A stretch of 64,000 nucleotides of DNA from Rhizodiscina lignyota (GCA_010015805.1 ML978123.1:1302001-1366000), one strand, 5' to 3'; positions 22,320 to 35,270 are shown, counted from the first letter of the stretch. Made by a program: numbers and translations. The notes: generated by a model not told the origin, from the sequence alone.

Positions 22320-25300
22320 CTACATGGTTGTAGGAGTGTCGGTTCGATTCCAGCATCGTTGACGGAAATAGTTGATGAACTTCTTCACTAGATCAGCATT
22401 GATGCCCCCTACTGCACGAAGAGCTGGCGAAGCGGTAGTCGCATTCCGCGTCTCATAGGTAAGAGTGCGACGACGTTCATCGTGATCGTACTTCTTCGCA
22501 AAGAAGTCCAGCAGCTTGATTGGAGGGTTCGCTGACGGGTCCGGGTCTGAATCTCGGAGACGAGTTATCCATTCGCGTGGCGGAAGCTCCTCAAAGGCCA
22601 GACCTGCTTCCCTGAGAAGTGGGAGGAGGTCCTGTGTCCAGTTTATTAACGTTGGATTTGTAGCATTCACGACCTCGCCGACCTCAGGCGCGAAAGTCAG
22701 ATCGATAACAGTAGATGCCACAACATCAACTGGAGTCCATGACAACATGTCGTCCAATTGCGGCAGGGAATGCATGGTTTCAGCTGTTTGAAACATCATT
22801 GGTATAGCCTCTGAGGCATTCCAAATGCCAGCTTTGGTATCAGCGATGATCTGTCCGATGCGCAGAACACGCGCTTGCATACCGGTTTCCCGCGAGGCCC
22901 GAGTCACAATATGCTCTGTAACTAGTTTTGACTGAGCGTAGCCCATCTCTTGAGCATAGGTGAGAGATGCTGGTAATGCTTCAGGAGCAACGTCGGTAGG
23001 TGTCGCAGCGACAGTACTGACGGACGAACAGAATGCGAAGCGAGCCGACGTTGGACCTTTTGCCTTTAGACACAGATCCAGGAGATGGCGAGTACCGGCG
23101 ATACAGTCCTTTTCAAAGCTTTCAAGGGCCCAGTTGAAGTTGACTGACCAGGCACAGTGAACGACACCAGTAACAGCAGCTGTCAGCCCATCATACCTCT
23201 CCTGATCCATTCCAAGCAGCGGATCCGACAGATCAGCCGGAATGGCCACAATCTTCTTTAGCTCGTTCTCAGACAGGTTCTGGGCCACGTAACGTGCGTC
23301 GAGCGATTTGCGTACTCGATCTTCAGCCGCACTGGGAGAAGATGCGCGCACAAGACAATATACTGTATCTATGTTATTGGAGCTGGCAAGCTGAGCCACA
23401 ACATTTGCACCCAGAGACCCAGTAGCACCAGTGACGGCAATGTGCTCGCCATTAATAGTGCGAGTAACAGGTACATGTGGCTGAAAGTGGCTGTATTTAT
23501 CGATCATTGCCGTCATGCGCTGCTCGACAGAGGTTTTCTCGCCTCTATTTTCACCAAGGCGTAGACGAGTTAGTTCACTGGCTATTGCTGCCAACGACGG
23601 ATTCTCGAAGACAAAGTTTTGTGGAAGCTTTCGACCTCCGAGGTCAAGAGTCTTGACAAGGACGCTTCGTAACCGGATGGACTGCAGACTGTCGACCCCG
23701 AAACTGAAGAGGTCCGTGTTATCCTTTAGCTGCAATGGATCGGAAATGTCAATCAGTTCTAAGAGCTGCCCGCGCAAGTAATTGATTAAGGCTGGACCTT
23801 CTAAGACAAGCGAGCCAGATCCAACATTGTCTTCATTGTATGCTGCTTCGATAAGGTCCGCAAAGTCCCGATAAAACGCGGCTCTGATGACAGTACCTTT
23901 GTCCGTCTTGCGATAATCGATATCCGGCGAAAGGACGCGGACCATATCTTTGGAGATACGGGCAAATGCTGGAATCACAGCGTTGCTTTGGTCGAGGGAC
24001 TTCCACACGTTTTCGATGAGTGCGCCATCGGTACAATATTTAGTATCTCTTGAGGGAATCAGGAAGAGACCAATGCGTGGTTTGTTGGCGCCAAAGGCGA
24101 TTGCTTCGGAAACGTTGGCGTTCTCGCGAGCAACGCCTTCGACGAGAAGTGGATTTGCCTTCTCGCCATTCTCCAACACAAGAGTGTCGTCTTTACGAGC
24201 GTAATATCTCCAAGCATTCTCCTTCGTTGGATGTTTCTCGAATAGATCCTTAGTTGCGTACGAGCCGTCAGGCCGGTTGCTGGCAACCTTAGATGGCCAG
24301 CCATCCAGTATACAGAGCTCATAGATGCCACGAGCTTCTTCCTCCCATCGCAGATACGGTTGCAGCTTCGGCTCTACCCGAACATAATCCCAATCGAGGT
24401 CATCGCGGTCTCTGAACGATGTCATGAGCTGGCCAGTCTCGGTCGTTCCATAGTGTGAGATGAGAAAGACTCCGTGCCGAACAAGTTTGTCGCCGATCGG
24501 CTTGGGGCATGCAGACCCTCCAAACATGACCAACTTTAGTTCTGACAGCACACGCAAGCCTTCTTTGGATTCGCCGAGCAACTTTAGAGCGTAAGGCACG
24601 GCGTACAGAATCTCAATCGGATGATCACGCAGTGTGACCAGGAGATTGCTTGCCGTGAGTGGTAGATCAGCGTTGTACATGTAGATCAATTTGCGAGAGT
24701 GTATCGCGCGGAATACACAGCTGATGCCATGAGCATGGAAGAGCGGGAGGGTGATGAATCCCCGCAGGCCGAAGTTGTTGGCGTAATTCTTTAGAACAAC
24801 AAGCTGTGTCTGATAGATTGGTTTCGGAAGGCCTGTTGAGCCGCTCGAATGAATGATCCAGCAGACATGATCTGCCTCCAAGCTGCCATCAAGATGATTT
24901 GTAGGCAGCCTCTTGGCCGGATTTGACAGAGCAGGTGCATCGTCATCTTCCCACCCACAGATTGGTTGGACATGAACTTTAGTACGTTTTTGAACCTTTT
25001 TGCTGACTTCCCTGAAGTTCGGGTGGATGAGTAATGTGGATGCTTTTGTCTCTTCGATCAGATTGACATATGCATTCTCGGAAATGCGAGTGGACAAGAA
25101 AAGCACTGAATGCCCGAGTCGTGAGACAGCAAGTAAAGTAATGAGATAATCGAAACTGGATGGTCCAAGTAGGCCAATTACTTGGACCGGATCTGCAGAT
25201 GACAGCCTCTGGGGAACAAACTGCGCATAATGGACAGCCGCTTGCTCAACTAAGGTATCAAGCTGCCAGTTGTCATTAGTGGATATCTGGGCACAAGAAG

Positions 25301-25567
25301 GATCTACTTAACGATTTCACGTACTTGACGCGGAGTATAGAAGGCATAATCAGTGCCACATGATGGATATGCAACGATCGGTTCATCCGCTAGAGGTTCT
25401 TGGGCGCGCTGGCGAAGTAAATCGTCTATTGTATCAATCGAAATGGTAGCTTGCCCAAGATTGGAAGCAGTCCTGGCCCGTTTAGCGGGAGGTGTCAGTG
25501 GCGGGAAGGCCTGCTGCACAGCAGCTGTAGACATGACTTCGAGACTTTTGTCGAATCTGTGGACCAT
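22320..25567 (-). CDS. NRPS-like A-T-R enzyme (fungal carboxylic acid reductase type)
   Basis: Adenylation motifs IIHSSGSTGLPKPI, YGTTETG, YATKDLF, RKDD, KTDKGTVIR; thiolation DLFSFGVDSLQS; terminal reductase VTGATGSLG, HCAWSVNF, GYAQSK. One intron 25263-25324. Confidence 0.93.
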
Positions 25568-25825
25568 TGTTTAAGATGTTTTGCAGCAATACCGGCTAAT
25601 ATACCTCAAGTCCAAGGTAAGTAGCTGTAATATCGAACTTCTCCACATGTACAAGTCCGAACCAGATGTTCAAACGGGTACTTTTCCATCATGATCAGCA
25701 AGGCACTGGCAGATGCCGAGACCTTCACCTTTAGCTATCGAGAGATAGTGCTCCTAGAATACCCGTTAGGTCTTCAAAAAGCATGAGGCAACTGAAAGTT
25801 GTGCCGATTGCGATAGGGCGGAGAA

Positions 25826-25843
25826 GCGGGAATGTAAATCCCG
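25826..25843. promoter_or_regulatory. CGG-N11-CCG Zn2Cys6-type site in the divergent NRPS-like/TF promoter
   Basis: G-CGG-GAATGTAAATC-CCG, with inverted arms CGGGA/TCCCG. Confidence 0.55.
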
Positions 25844-26048
25844 TAGAGCATATTACATTCGTCCAAAGGACATTTCCGCTTGCGAATGTCTGGAGCATTG
25901 ATCGAGAGAGGCAGCTCGCCGAGTATTCGGCGCAGAAAAAAAGAACTGCGGATAAGGCGTGCTTAGGGGGCTTGGCGAGCGGGAAAAGTCCGACAGCATC
26001 ATCATCATCATGCTCGAAAGAGGGGATTCACCACCGAGCAAAGGAGAG

Positions 26049-28437
26049 ATGGCAGAGGCCGCAGACGAACAACAGAGCCCCGGGGAGCATTCTGCACGAA
26101 AGAGGAGAAAGATTACTAGGGCATGTGATGCGTAAGTAGATTTCAAAAGATGTAACTGAATCGCGAACTCCACTGACGTGCCTTAGATGTAAAGCGAGAA
26201 AGAAGGCATGTACGGGCAAGATCCCATGTGCAACATGCGTTCGCAACCAGACTCGCTGCACATACGACTCTGCGTACAACAGAGGTGTTGCAGTACCTCC
26301 GCAGCCCTCATTGGCTGTCCCAGGTAATCGAGATCCCAATCTGGAGAACACTATCCCGCAACAAAGCCCGCCGCGGAGACTACAGGCGATTTCCGACAGG
26401 CCACGCGAATACGACTCAGGATATAACCTCTCACCACCACAAGACCCTGGGTCAATCTCAGGCCCACCATCGCGGAGGCTCTCTCCTGAAGCTGAAGGTC
26501 CGATTGATGTAGCTGGCCAGTACTCTGGTCCAGTGTCTGCGCACTCCTTTCTTGGTCGAGCGATTCAGAAGTTTTACCATGGCGCGCAACCAACTGTTCT
26601 GTCTCCACCTGCACCAGAAGATGGCTCTTCAAACACCTCCATCTTCTCATTTGGGGATCGAAAGGTTTCTGATGCTACGCCGTGTAGCAAGAAAAGGCCT
26701 GCACTGATAAAAGCTCGAGAGCTGGCAACTCGATATTTCGAATTCTCGTCACCTACCTATAGGGTACTGCACCAGGGTACTGTCGAAGGCTGGATGGATG
26801 ACTACTGCCCATCCGAAGGCAAGCCGCTACTAGCGGACCCGGCTGATCCTCGACATCTGCCCGCCGCTAGCAAAGCGATTATTCTTATGGTGTGTGCTAC
26901 AGCATCAATGTATCGGCCTGATCATACTGGATCAATGAATGACGCAGACGAGTCAGATTGGCTACAAAGTGAAGCTTACTACAGGATGGCCGAGCAATTT
27001 CTGTCCAATGAGACTGGAGCGCCTTCACTAGGATCCGTGCAAGCCCGCTTCCTTACTGTCTTATACCTCCTGAGCTCCTCACGAGTAAATAAGGCTTGGT
27101 TTACTTTCGGCACGGCAGTACAGCTCCTCATGGCACTTGGATATCATCGGAGACAAAAGCCTGTGGATGAGAATGCTCCCGCCGCTGACCGAATAGCTCA
27201 CGAGTGCCAGAAGCGAGTTCTGTGGTGTTCGTTCACGTTGGACAAATACCTGAGCCTCATGCTCGGGCGGCCACGCATGCTCCAAGAAGATGATATCAAT
27301 CAAGAGTTCCCCGCCATGGTCAATGATGAGGATCTCATCTCTCCTGGAAGCGCTCCAAAACGAGGAAGAGACTGTATCATGGCCGCTTCCGTCTTCCATG
27401 CACAGATATCACAGATTTTAGCACGAGCTTCGAAGGAGTTATATGTTGTTCAGACATCGAATGCTGCGCGCCGAGTCGAAGCTATTGTCGAATTTGCCGC
27501 CCAGATCTCCGACTGGCATGATCGACTTCCTCCCACGCTATCAGGTGCTATTCATCCGAGTAGCCTGATACCCACCTTTCGGCGCCAGCTTACCGTACTT
27601 CAGCTCGCACGTGATCATGCTTTAATGTTTGTTACTCGTCCACTGCTTTTGCGCAATTATGCCAAGATCCTTCCGGAGTTTGAAGCCTCGTACCGTCATC
27701 ATCTCAGCATTTGTGTCAAAGCCGCTCGAGATACGGTGGAGTTAGTCCTCTACTTCGTTCGCGAAGAAAAACTCTTCAGTGCATTTTGGTACACGCAATA
27801 CATTGTGTTCAACGCTCTATCGGTCATATATATTTATCTCATTCAAGTCCAGCGAGGTCGAATACCGGTATACTTGACGGCAGGCTCTCCAGATGCGGCT
27901 GATACTTCATTCGCAGAGCAGACAATGCTCTATGAGCTAGCCGACACGGCACACAATCATCTTGCTCAGGCAACGGTCAGAAATTCTCCTCTTTGGCGTT
28001 ACAGTGCTATACTTCAAGGCCTCAGAGGAGAGATTCACCGCTTACTTCACCGCGGACCCACTTCTTCGAATAATCGCAATGGCACAGTATCAGGAGCGGC
28101 GTATACCAATCAGTTTGCTACAGGAGGGTCACTGAATCAGACGGATGGTCGCCTTGCACCTGAGCTGGCAGTTGGTGCTTATGACACTCCGAACATACGC
28201 AGCTATGACAACGTAAATGGCAATCAGATTCAACAGCCTCTGGATCCCATGCTCTCTGATTTCAATTATTTCGATGCGAACCCAGCAGGGATTTTCGACA
28301 GTTTGTCGACCGGCGACGACCTTGGGCTTGATTTTTGGACCCATATGGACAGCTACCCAGTTTGTACGTACACAAGTTCTGTAATTGCCCGGAGAGCAAC
28401 TAACTCCTGATTTACTGTAGCATATTTAGGATCTTGA
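26049..28437 (+). CDS. Zn(II)2Cys6 fungal transcription factor with middle homology region
   Basis: RKRRKITRACDA|CKARKKACTGKIPCATCVRNQTRC binuclear cluster across an intron at about 26132-26187; fungal-TF region KRVLWCSFTLDKYLSLMLGRP; terminal intron about 28364-28420. Confidence 0.93.
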
Positions 28438-29056
28438 CATCGCTCGATCGCTCGAATTACCTCTCGATCCAAACCATGCTTAATCATATAATCATGTTTT
28501 CGGGCGCGACCGATTAATTCGTAACGCACATAACCCCTTACTCGGACGGCAGGCTACTAGAACGTTGCCCAGCCATGTGATGAGGTTCTTCATCATCCGG
28601 ACTAGCGTCGGGTTGTCTCTCCCCTTCTTGCACAGGCGGCTGAGATCTTTAGTTGGAAAGCCTCGACATGTCCAAATTAGATGTCAGTGTATGCTCAGCT
28701 GAACCAACATTCCTCGGCACGACTCTAAGCTGAGCCAGAGCTCTGAAGCACTATGTTCGCTCCGCTGCGTTTGAGGTTGGCTCCATGAGAGACCTGTGGT
28801 CTTACTGAATGCAGAGGCAACGTATAGGATGATCGGTGGATACTTGGCTATTTACTCCTCGAATGCAACATTGCATATGCTAGTGTCAGGGAGGAAGTCA
28901 AGTCGCGAGGCCCAGATATGAGCCTCAAGGTCCGCGATGGTTAGAAGGTCTGCCGACTTTTCAGTGTTAAATTTTGCAACACAGTAATGTAACTACTTTA
29001 CATATTGCCTAGCTATCATTCAAAAGGGTACCGTAAGAAGGTGAACACTAAAATTT

Positions 29057-29320
29057 GCGGATTGACTAAGTCCGCGCTAATCCGACAGATTGTTGAAGGG
29101 GCAATTATCCGCACCTCTGCTGTGTCTAGTTGCAATCCACGGAAAGCGCTTCACTCTGCGCTTATTAGATTGATTTGACAATTCTGATCTATTCCGAGTA
29201 TTGCAGCGGGAGCTTTTCCACCCTGCCAGTGCTGACGGCCCTCAAACGTGTCCCGCCAGCGACACCGGATCAGGCAGGTTGAGTACTTCCGCCCAATGTG
29301 TTGCGGAGAGAAGAGCGCCG
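29057..29320. promoter_or_regulatory. Two CGG-N11-CCG sites upstream of the aldo-keto reductase
   Basis: G-CGG-ATTGACTAAGT-CCG at 29057-29074 and G-CGG-AGAGAAGAGCG-CCG at 29303-29320. Confidence 0.55.
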
Positions 29321-29503
29321 AGAGTCCATTAAGGCAAGAATTATCAAGTCCAAAAATAATAATTAATGTCCTCTGCCTGACGCTCCAGTCCATTCTACAT
29401 CTTTTGCCCTCGAATACTCTCTCCGATTTCCAATTCGAATCACTAGTCGTGAGATAATCTCCACCTACAACTCCACGCTCAATATTCACCAGTACCAAGC
29501 ATC

Positions 29504-30541
29504 ATGGGGTCCATACCAAACGATCTCCCAGAAACATTCACGCTCAATACCGGTGCCAAAATCCCCGCCGTGGGCTTTGGCACCTGGCAGGCTGCACCTC
29601 ACGAGGTTGAGCGCGCAGTCGAGATAGCCCTCAAGGAAGGCTATCGACATCTTGATTGCGCAGCCATCTACCGCAACGAAACAGAAGTCGGCGAGGGAAT
29701 TCGCAAATCTGGAGTACCCCGTGACCAGATCTTCATCACGAGCAAGGTATGGAATACTAAGCATTCACCGGAAGATGTGGAGCCAGCGTTGGACAAGACG
29801 CTGAAAGACCTGGGAGTGGAATATCTTGATCTGTATCTGATGCATTGGCCTGTGTAAGTCAATGCTTTCGACATTTGAAAAGCAATGCTGATGATTATAT
29901 ACAGCGCATTTGAGCCTAGCACAAAATGGTTCCCACTAGACGAGGAAGGTGTCTTTAAACTGGCCGATATTTCCTACGTCGATACGTACAAAGCCATGGA
30001 GAAGCTACTGAAAACGGGAAAGGTTCGCGCTATTGGTGTTAGCAACTTCAACATTCGCCGCCTGGAAGACCTGCTGTCGAAGGTTGACGTCGTTCCCGCC
30101 GTAAACCAGATAGAAGCGCATCCGTATCTGTCTCAACCGGACTTGACGGACTACTGCAAGCAGAAAGGAGTCCTGATCCAGGCATATTCACCACTCGGCA
30201 ACAACCAGACCGGCGAGCCCAAGACAGTGGACGATCCGCTCGTGCAAGAAGTCGCTAAGCAACTTGGACGTGATGCCGGAGAGATTCTGTACAGCTGGGG
30301 AATTCAGCGCGGCACAGTTGTTCTGCCAAAGAGCGTGACGCCTTCTCGTATCGCGTCGAATCTTAAAGTAAAGGCACTTCCAGAGGATGCATTCACGCGG
30401 ATTAGCTCTCTGGAGCAACACAAGCGTTTCAACACTTCGAAGAATTGGGGACACGACATTTTCGATGAAATAGGCGTGGAGAAGTGCAAGCAGATCGCAA
30501 GGGATGCTGGGCCGACGAACCTGCAGAAGTTCAAGGTGTAA
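29504..30541 (+). CDS. Aldo-keto reductase (NADPH-dependent aldehyde/polyol reductase, GCY1/Ypr1-like family)
   Basis: [66 protein letters not shown]. One intron about 29853-29903. Confidence 0.95.
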
Positions 30542-30688
30542 TTTAACGGCTGATATTGCTCCTTCAGCGCATTAAAATAGAAGGGGAAGGGAGTGCACTT
30601 GGGATGGAATTCGGCGGTGATTTCACACCACTAGCAGGCCAGAGTATTTGCTATCATATCCCAACCAGGACCTTTCTCCTAGCCACAA

Positions 30689-31651
30689 TTATTGAGAATC
30701 TTTTGTGTCATACCCTTGAAGCTTCTCATACAACATGTTAGCGACCGCCACCATGCCCTTTGCATTCGGATGTAATGGCGCATCCCCGCGTATCAGGATG
30801 CCCAAGGATAGTCCCTCTGTCCACGGCTCTTCACTTCCCAGTCCATGTAGTAAACTGTTTTCTGCGACCGGCACTCTCTCACACCAGCCATTTCTCTCAG
30901 AAGCTGCCTTTTCCGTCGCTCTTTGCAACATCGCTGCCACCTCTTTATGATGTTCTACCCGCTCCGCGTCGAACGTCACGTCAACTCTAGGCTTCACATC
31001 GTCGCCTAGTAGAGTAAGATACTCTACGACTACGATCTTCGCCTTTGGTGATTTGGCATGAATCGCGTCAAGCACCTTGCCATATCGAGCAACCAGATCA
31101 TCAAAGCTCAATGCAGGCTTGGGTGTCGAGGCTCCAAACACGAATTGCCGTACAGTGTCAACCATCCGGATTGGCCAGCTATTCTTCACGATGTCCATGC
31201 CCATGCCACTAATATAGCCGATGTCATTCCCTCCACCCAGAACAAGCACGATGTCCACATCGCTCGGCAGATCTTGTACTTGCGGTGCGAAGGTATGACC
31301 ACCGTTTATCCAACCAGTCGCGACTTGTGGCTCATCCAAGAGGTTGAGCAGCGTAGCCCCCGAGACGCTGAGGTCTGTGAGTCTGGCATCGAGCTTTGAG
31401 GCGAGAAGTTGAGCGTAGTTTGCTGCTGATCGGCCAGCCGCCTTGGGTGGGAGTTGTGGCTTGATGCAGGGACCAGCGGCGAAGGAGCTGCCGAGGCTGG
31501 CGATATGCAGGGGCATTTCTGGTAAGGTTCCTGGAGGTATTTGAGAGACTGAGGAATGTTTCAGAGCGACCTGACGTATGAGGAGGAATATCGACGTTAT
31601 CAAGAGGAAGTAGGTTATGTGTTTCGTAGCCGCCCTCATGCCGTACGCCAT
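30689..31651 (-). CDS. SGNH/GDSL-family hydrolase with N-terminal hydrophobic segment
   Basis: Block I LGSSFAAGP, block II DLSVSGAT, block III GGGND, block V DAPLHPN. Confidence 0.88.
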   Translation of the reverse strand: MAYGMRAATKHITYFLLITSIFLLIRQVALKHSSVSQIPPGTLPEMPLHIASLGSSFAAGPCIKPQLPPKAAGRSAANYAQLLASKLDARLTDLSVSGATLLNLLDEPQVATGWINGGHTFAPQVQDLPSDVDIVLVLGGGNDIGYISGMGMDIVKNSWPIRMVDTVRQFVFGASTPKPALSFDDLVARYGKVLDAIHAKSPKAKIVVVEYLTLLGDDVKPRVDVTFDAERVEHHKEVAAMLQRATEKAASERNGWCERVPVAENSLLHGLGSEEPWTEGLSLGILIRGDAPLHPNAKGMVAVANMLYEKLQGYDTKDSQ

Positions 31652-32542
31652 TATTAATTGTGAATTGCTCCGTCACACCCTGACCACGTCTGGAATCAGA
31701 ATGTCTCCGTGACGAGATGCATGCGGCCGCTATCTCACAGAAGTTTCAAAACCACTTATCCTTGTTATCTGTGGCTGGGGTGAAATTGTTTTGTATGTTA
31801 CAGAGTACGGCCCCTTTTTGAGGTATCTATATACCCTATCGCGCCTGCCCGACGCTGTGTTAAGGCCAAGAATCAAACCTCGCGGACATTCACTTAGTGA
31901 AAGGCTTATTACCTCGGTGAAAACACTCATACCTGCAACTTTCCAATCGCCACAATGCGCGATCTTCGACAAACAGTACATTTCCAGGATACTCATTCCC
32001 CCATCCTGTACCAACATTCTCCAGCGCAGCCCTCTCCAACCCCAATAGGCCGATTCGAATACAAGCGGGCGAGACTCGCGACATAAGCTGCGGCCTTGTC
32101 AATGGTCCATACCGATGGTCTTAACGATTCTCTCACCCTGGGCGTGAGTTCAGGTGAGCTTCGTCCCATAAGGGTATCTCTACGCAGGTCATATCACATC
32201 ATCTCATTGTACATCATCTGGGGTTTGGGAGCATGCAGAAGCCTCTCAAAGGATATGATATTCCCTGATCCCGGATAAAGCGGGTGTGAAAGATATTTGT
32301 ACTACAGCCTTACAGTATGACTCGGCTTTCCGACCTTCCATTGTGTTCACATGGTTCTCGTCATTGCAACGTCATGCCTGTTCGCTTTTCAGCTATATGC
32401 TCATCACGACGTACATGTTTCCAAATGGCTGGAAACATTAGGTATTGAAAAGATGCTCTGTCCTGTCAATGTTGAAATCTTGAAGTATATTTCTTTTCGA
32501 CCCCTCGTATCCCGTGATTTTTTGGACAGTTCTTCTTTCACC

Positions 32543-33273
32543 ATGTCTGCGTACCCACAACTCCAGAAACACAAAATCATCCCTGACGTTTTGCCTGAGG
32601 GCGTCGACTTGCCCTCCGAGCTCGTCGTCAAATGGCCGAATGCCAATTTGGACACACCCGGTGACCAGCTTGATCGCCAGGGGACTCAAACAGAACCTAC
32701 AGTTTACGTCAAACCACCTGCGCCAGACAAGTACGACGACTACGTGCTTATTATGACAGATCCTGACTTGATGTCGACGAACGACACCAAATTTGGCCAA
32801 GTGCGGCATTGGCTAGCGGGAAAAATCTCCATTAAAGAGGATGGCCAGCTGGTTATACCCACGGCAGGCAATGTGTCCCACTACATTGGTCCAGCGCCTC
32901 TTCCGAATCCCAAGCGACCGCATCGCTATGTTTTCATCCTCTGTCGAGCGCGCACCACGAATCTGGCTCCCATAACAATTGACAAAGCAGACCTACGTGC
33001 GACGCAGAGTGACTATCCGGCGGCATTCGAAGGGCGCCAGGAAGTGCAAGATCTCAAGGATAGATGGGGATTCAACGCGTATAAGTTTATGGAGATGAAA
33101 GGACTGGTACCAGTAGCTGCAACATTCATGCTCGTTGGTGGTAATTTGAAGAGCGCTGCTGAAAATCTTGGGATGACGGCGAAGGCTGGAGTAGACAAGG
33201 TGAGAAGTCTTTGTGACCAGCCAGCTGAGATTCCGTTTCGCGTCTGACCGCTTCGTAGATCCTGAAAATATAA
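32543..33273 (+). CDS. Phosphatidylethanolamine-binding protein (PEBP) family
   Basis: IIPDVL, LIMTDPD, VRHWL, YIGPAP, PHRYVF motifs. Short terminal intron about 33200-33258. Confidence 0.88.
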
Positions 33274-34294
33274 AGGCGATGTACTACCACTTTTTATCTG
33301 CGGTTGATAGATGTGACAATACCCTTTTGATGGTTCCTTGGTAGCTAAACTGAATTTCCGCCTGGTAGTCGAGCTCGAGTTTTAATGAAAGCGGGATTCA
33401 CTTAATATTGGCACAAACATAACCAGTAACGTCTTTGAAATGTGCACAGGATGATAACATTTAGTCTACCGCAGGATATGTAGACGGTTCTCGATCTTTG
33501 AATTACTAACTTGGGCGAATCTGCGCCTGTTGGTGGAGCGCGAGATTGAACATTCGCGGAGTCCGCATGATCAAGCTTCTACGACCGACTGTTGTCACTT
33601 TTCGCAGCCACAAGACAGTATTAAACACATGCGGTAATACGTTCTCGGTTTTGTATTCGACAGAGCCACCGAGTCGAACTTGAATTCGCCCTACGTTCGA
33701 GCATCACTTTAGGCATACGCGGGATCCCCTGGTACTTAACGACCGCATTGTAAACTCTACGTGTTTAAGCTGGGAGGGCTGGCAAGAACCAAATTGACAA
33801 CTGGCCATGCATAGTATCTTCAACGATGAAAAGTGTGTGTCGTACCGGACCTCGGATGACGTTTGAGCTTCAATTTGGATATGCGCGGGATCTTCTTGAA
33901 CCTGACGACAGTATTAAAGTTCACACTCACGTATGCTTAGAAAGCTGTTGTAGAGGGAGTCGGGGACATTTGTCAATGTATCCTTGGATTGCGCAAAGAC
34001 AAAAAGTTGGATCAATCATCGTGAGAGCATCGAGCGTAGAGTTGGATACTTGCACAGTCCACTCGATAGCAGCGCAAGCACTTACCATGCTACATATCTA
34101 TTACCTTAAAGCCGACGCAGACAGGGCCGGTCTTTTATATCTACCAAGTCTTCGAAGATAGGGAGTCAAGTTGAATCAAATCTCAGACGATGGTCGAGCA
34201 CACGGTTGGACGGTTTGGGAGTCTAGTCGAAGGCAGCGACAACATTTGCGATTGTATTAATTAAACGACAACAGGCTTTCTTCGTCAGGCCCCC

Positions 34295-34852
34295 TCACGC
34301 CTCCTCACTCCAGTCACTATCCCACTCCAGCTCCACTGGAGCAGGCTCCTCCACCGCGTCCGCCTCCGCCTCGAGCTCCTTCTCCGCCTGCTCGAACTCC
34401 TCCTCCACCTCGTCCCAAGCGTCCTCCTCCTCCGCATCCTCCCTCAACCTCTGCTCCTCCTCAGCCTCCTTCCTCGGCCTCTCTTCCTCCATCCTCCTCT
34501 TCTGCTCCTCTAGCCTCCGCCTTTCCTCCTCTAGCCTCCGCCTCTGCGCTTCCAGCCTCCGCCACTCCTCCTCCACCTTCCTCAGCTCCTCCGCCTCCTT
34601 CTGCAGCTCCTCCATCTCTTTCTCTAGCCGCTCCATCTTGTGGTGGCGAGCCTTCTCCTTCATGCTAAGAGGCCGCGCCTCCTGCATGCGCTTGGCATCG
34701 GCAGGGTCAAACGCCATCTGCCGCTGCGCGCACGCATATTGGTGCATGCGTGCGATGGCCCCGACGGTGGTGCGCGACTTGGCGCGGTTGTCTTTGACGA
34801 CCTTCGGGGCCTTGAATTTCGACGAGGTGAGTTGGAGGGTGCGGTCGGACAT
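34295..34852 (-). CDS. Glu/Arg-rich charged helical (coiled-coil or single alpha-helix-like) orphan protein
   Basis: ATG at 34852 (MSDRTLQLTSSK). Strongly purine-biased coding strand, repeats such as RRLEEER, acidic tail. No recognisable domain. Confidence 0.6.
   Translation of the reverse strand: MSDRTLQLTSSKFKAPKVVKDNRAKSRTTVGAIARMHQYACAQRQMAFDPADAKRMQEARPLSMKEKARHHKMERLEKEMEELQKEAEELRKVEEEWRRLEAQRRRLEEERRRLEEQKRRMEEERPRKEAEEEQRLREDAEEEDAWDEVEEEFEQAEKELEAEADAVEEPAPVELEWDSDWSEEA
34490..34575. repeat. Imperfect 21-bp coding tandem repeat
   Basis: (T/C)AGCCTCCGCC recurs at 34511, 34532 and 34553. Confidence 0.7.
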
Positions 34853-35270
34853 TGTGATGTTGTTGTGGTTGTGGTGTTGGAGATGTGATTTGATTGTATT
34901 TGGGAAGTTGATGAATGTTTGAGATGTGCTTTGAAAATTTGACTTGAATGTATGTGAGAGTGTCTTTAGTTGTGGTAAAGTGAAATGGAAAAGAGGAGGA
35001 GATATGCCCGACCTTATACTAAAACTCATCAACGACTGAGGACCGTTTGGATGGCAGTTGGAATTCCATCAACTACTGAGCGTCGAATCATGGTAAAGCT
35101 TATTGATGATTAGTTCGAACAGACCTGGTGATGAACATTCAACGGTGAACCGAAAAAGGAACTGATGATGATGGAACGTTGGAGGTCAGTGCGCATGGCG
35201 AATACCCAGCGTATCATCTATTTGGTATCTCAGAATGCATAGAATGAACATTGCGACCCAACTTAGCTGC

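Noticed and set aside
30689..31651. GSS instead of GDS in block I of the SGNH hydrolase, as a sign of inactivity
   Set aside because: The catalytic Ser, the GxND block and the C-terminal His are present, and GSSFAAG is a usual variant in fungal members.
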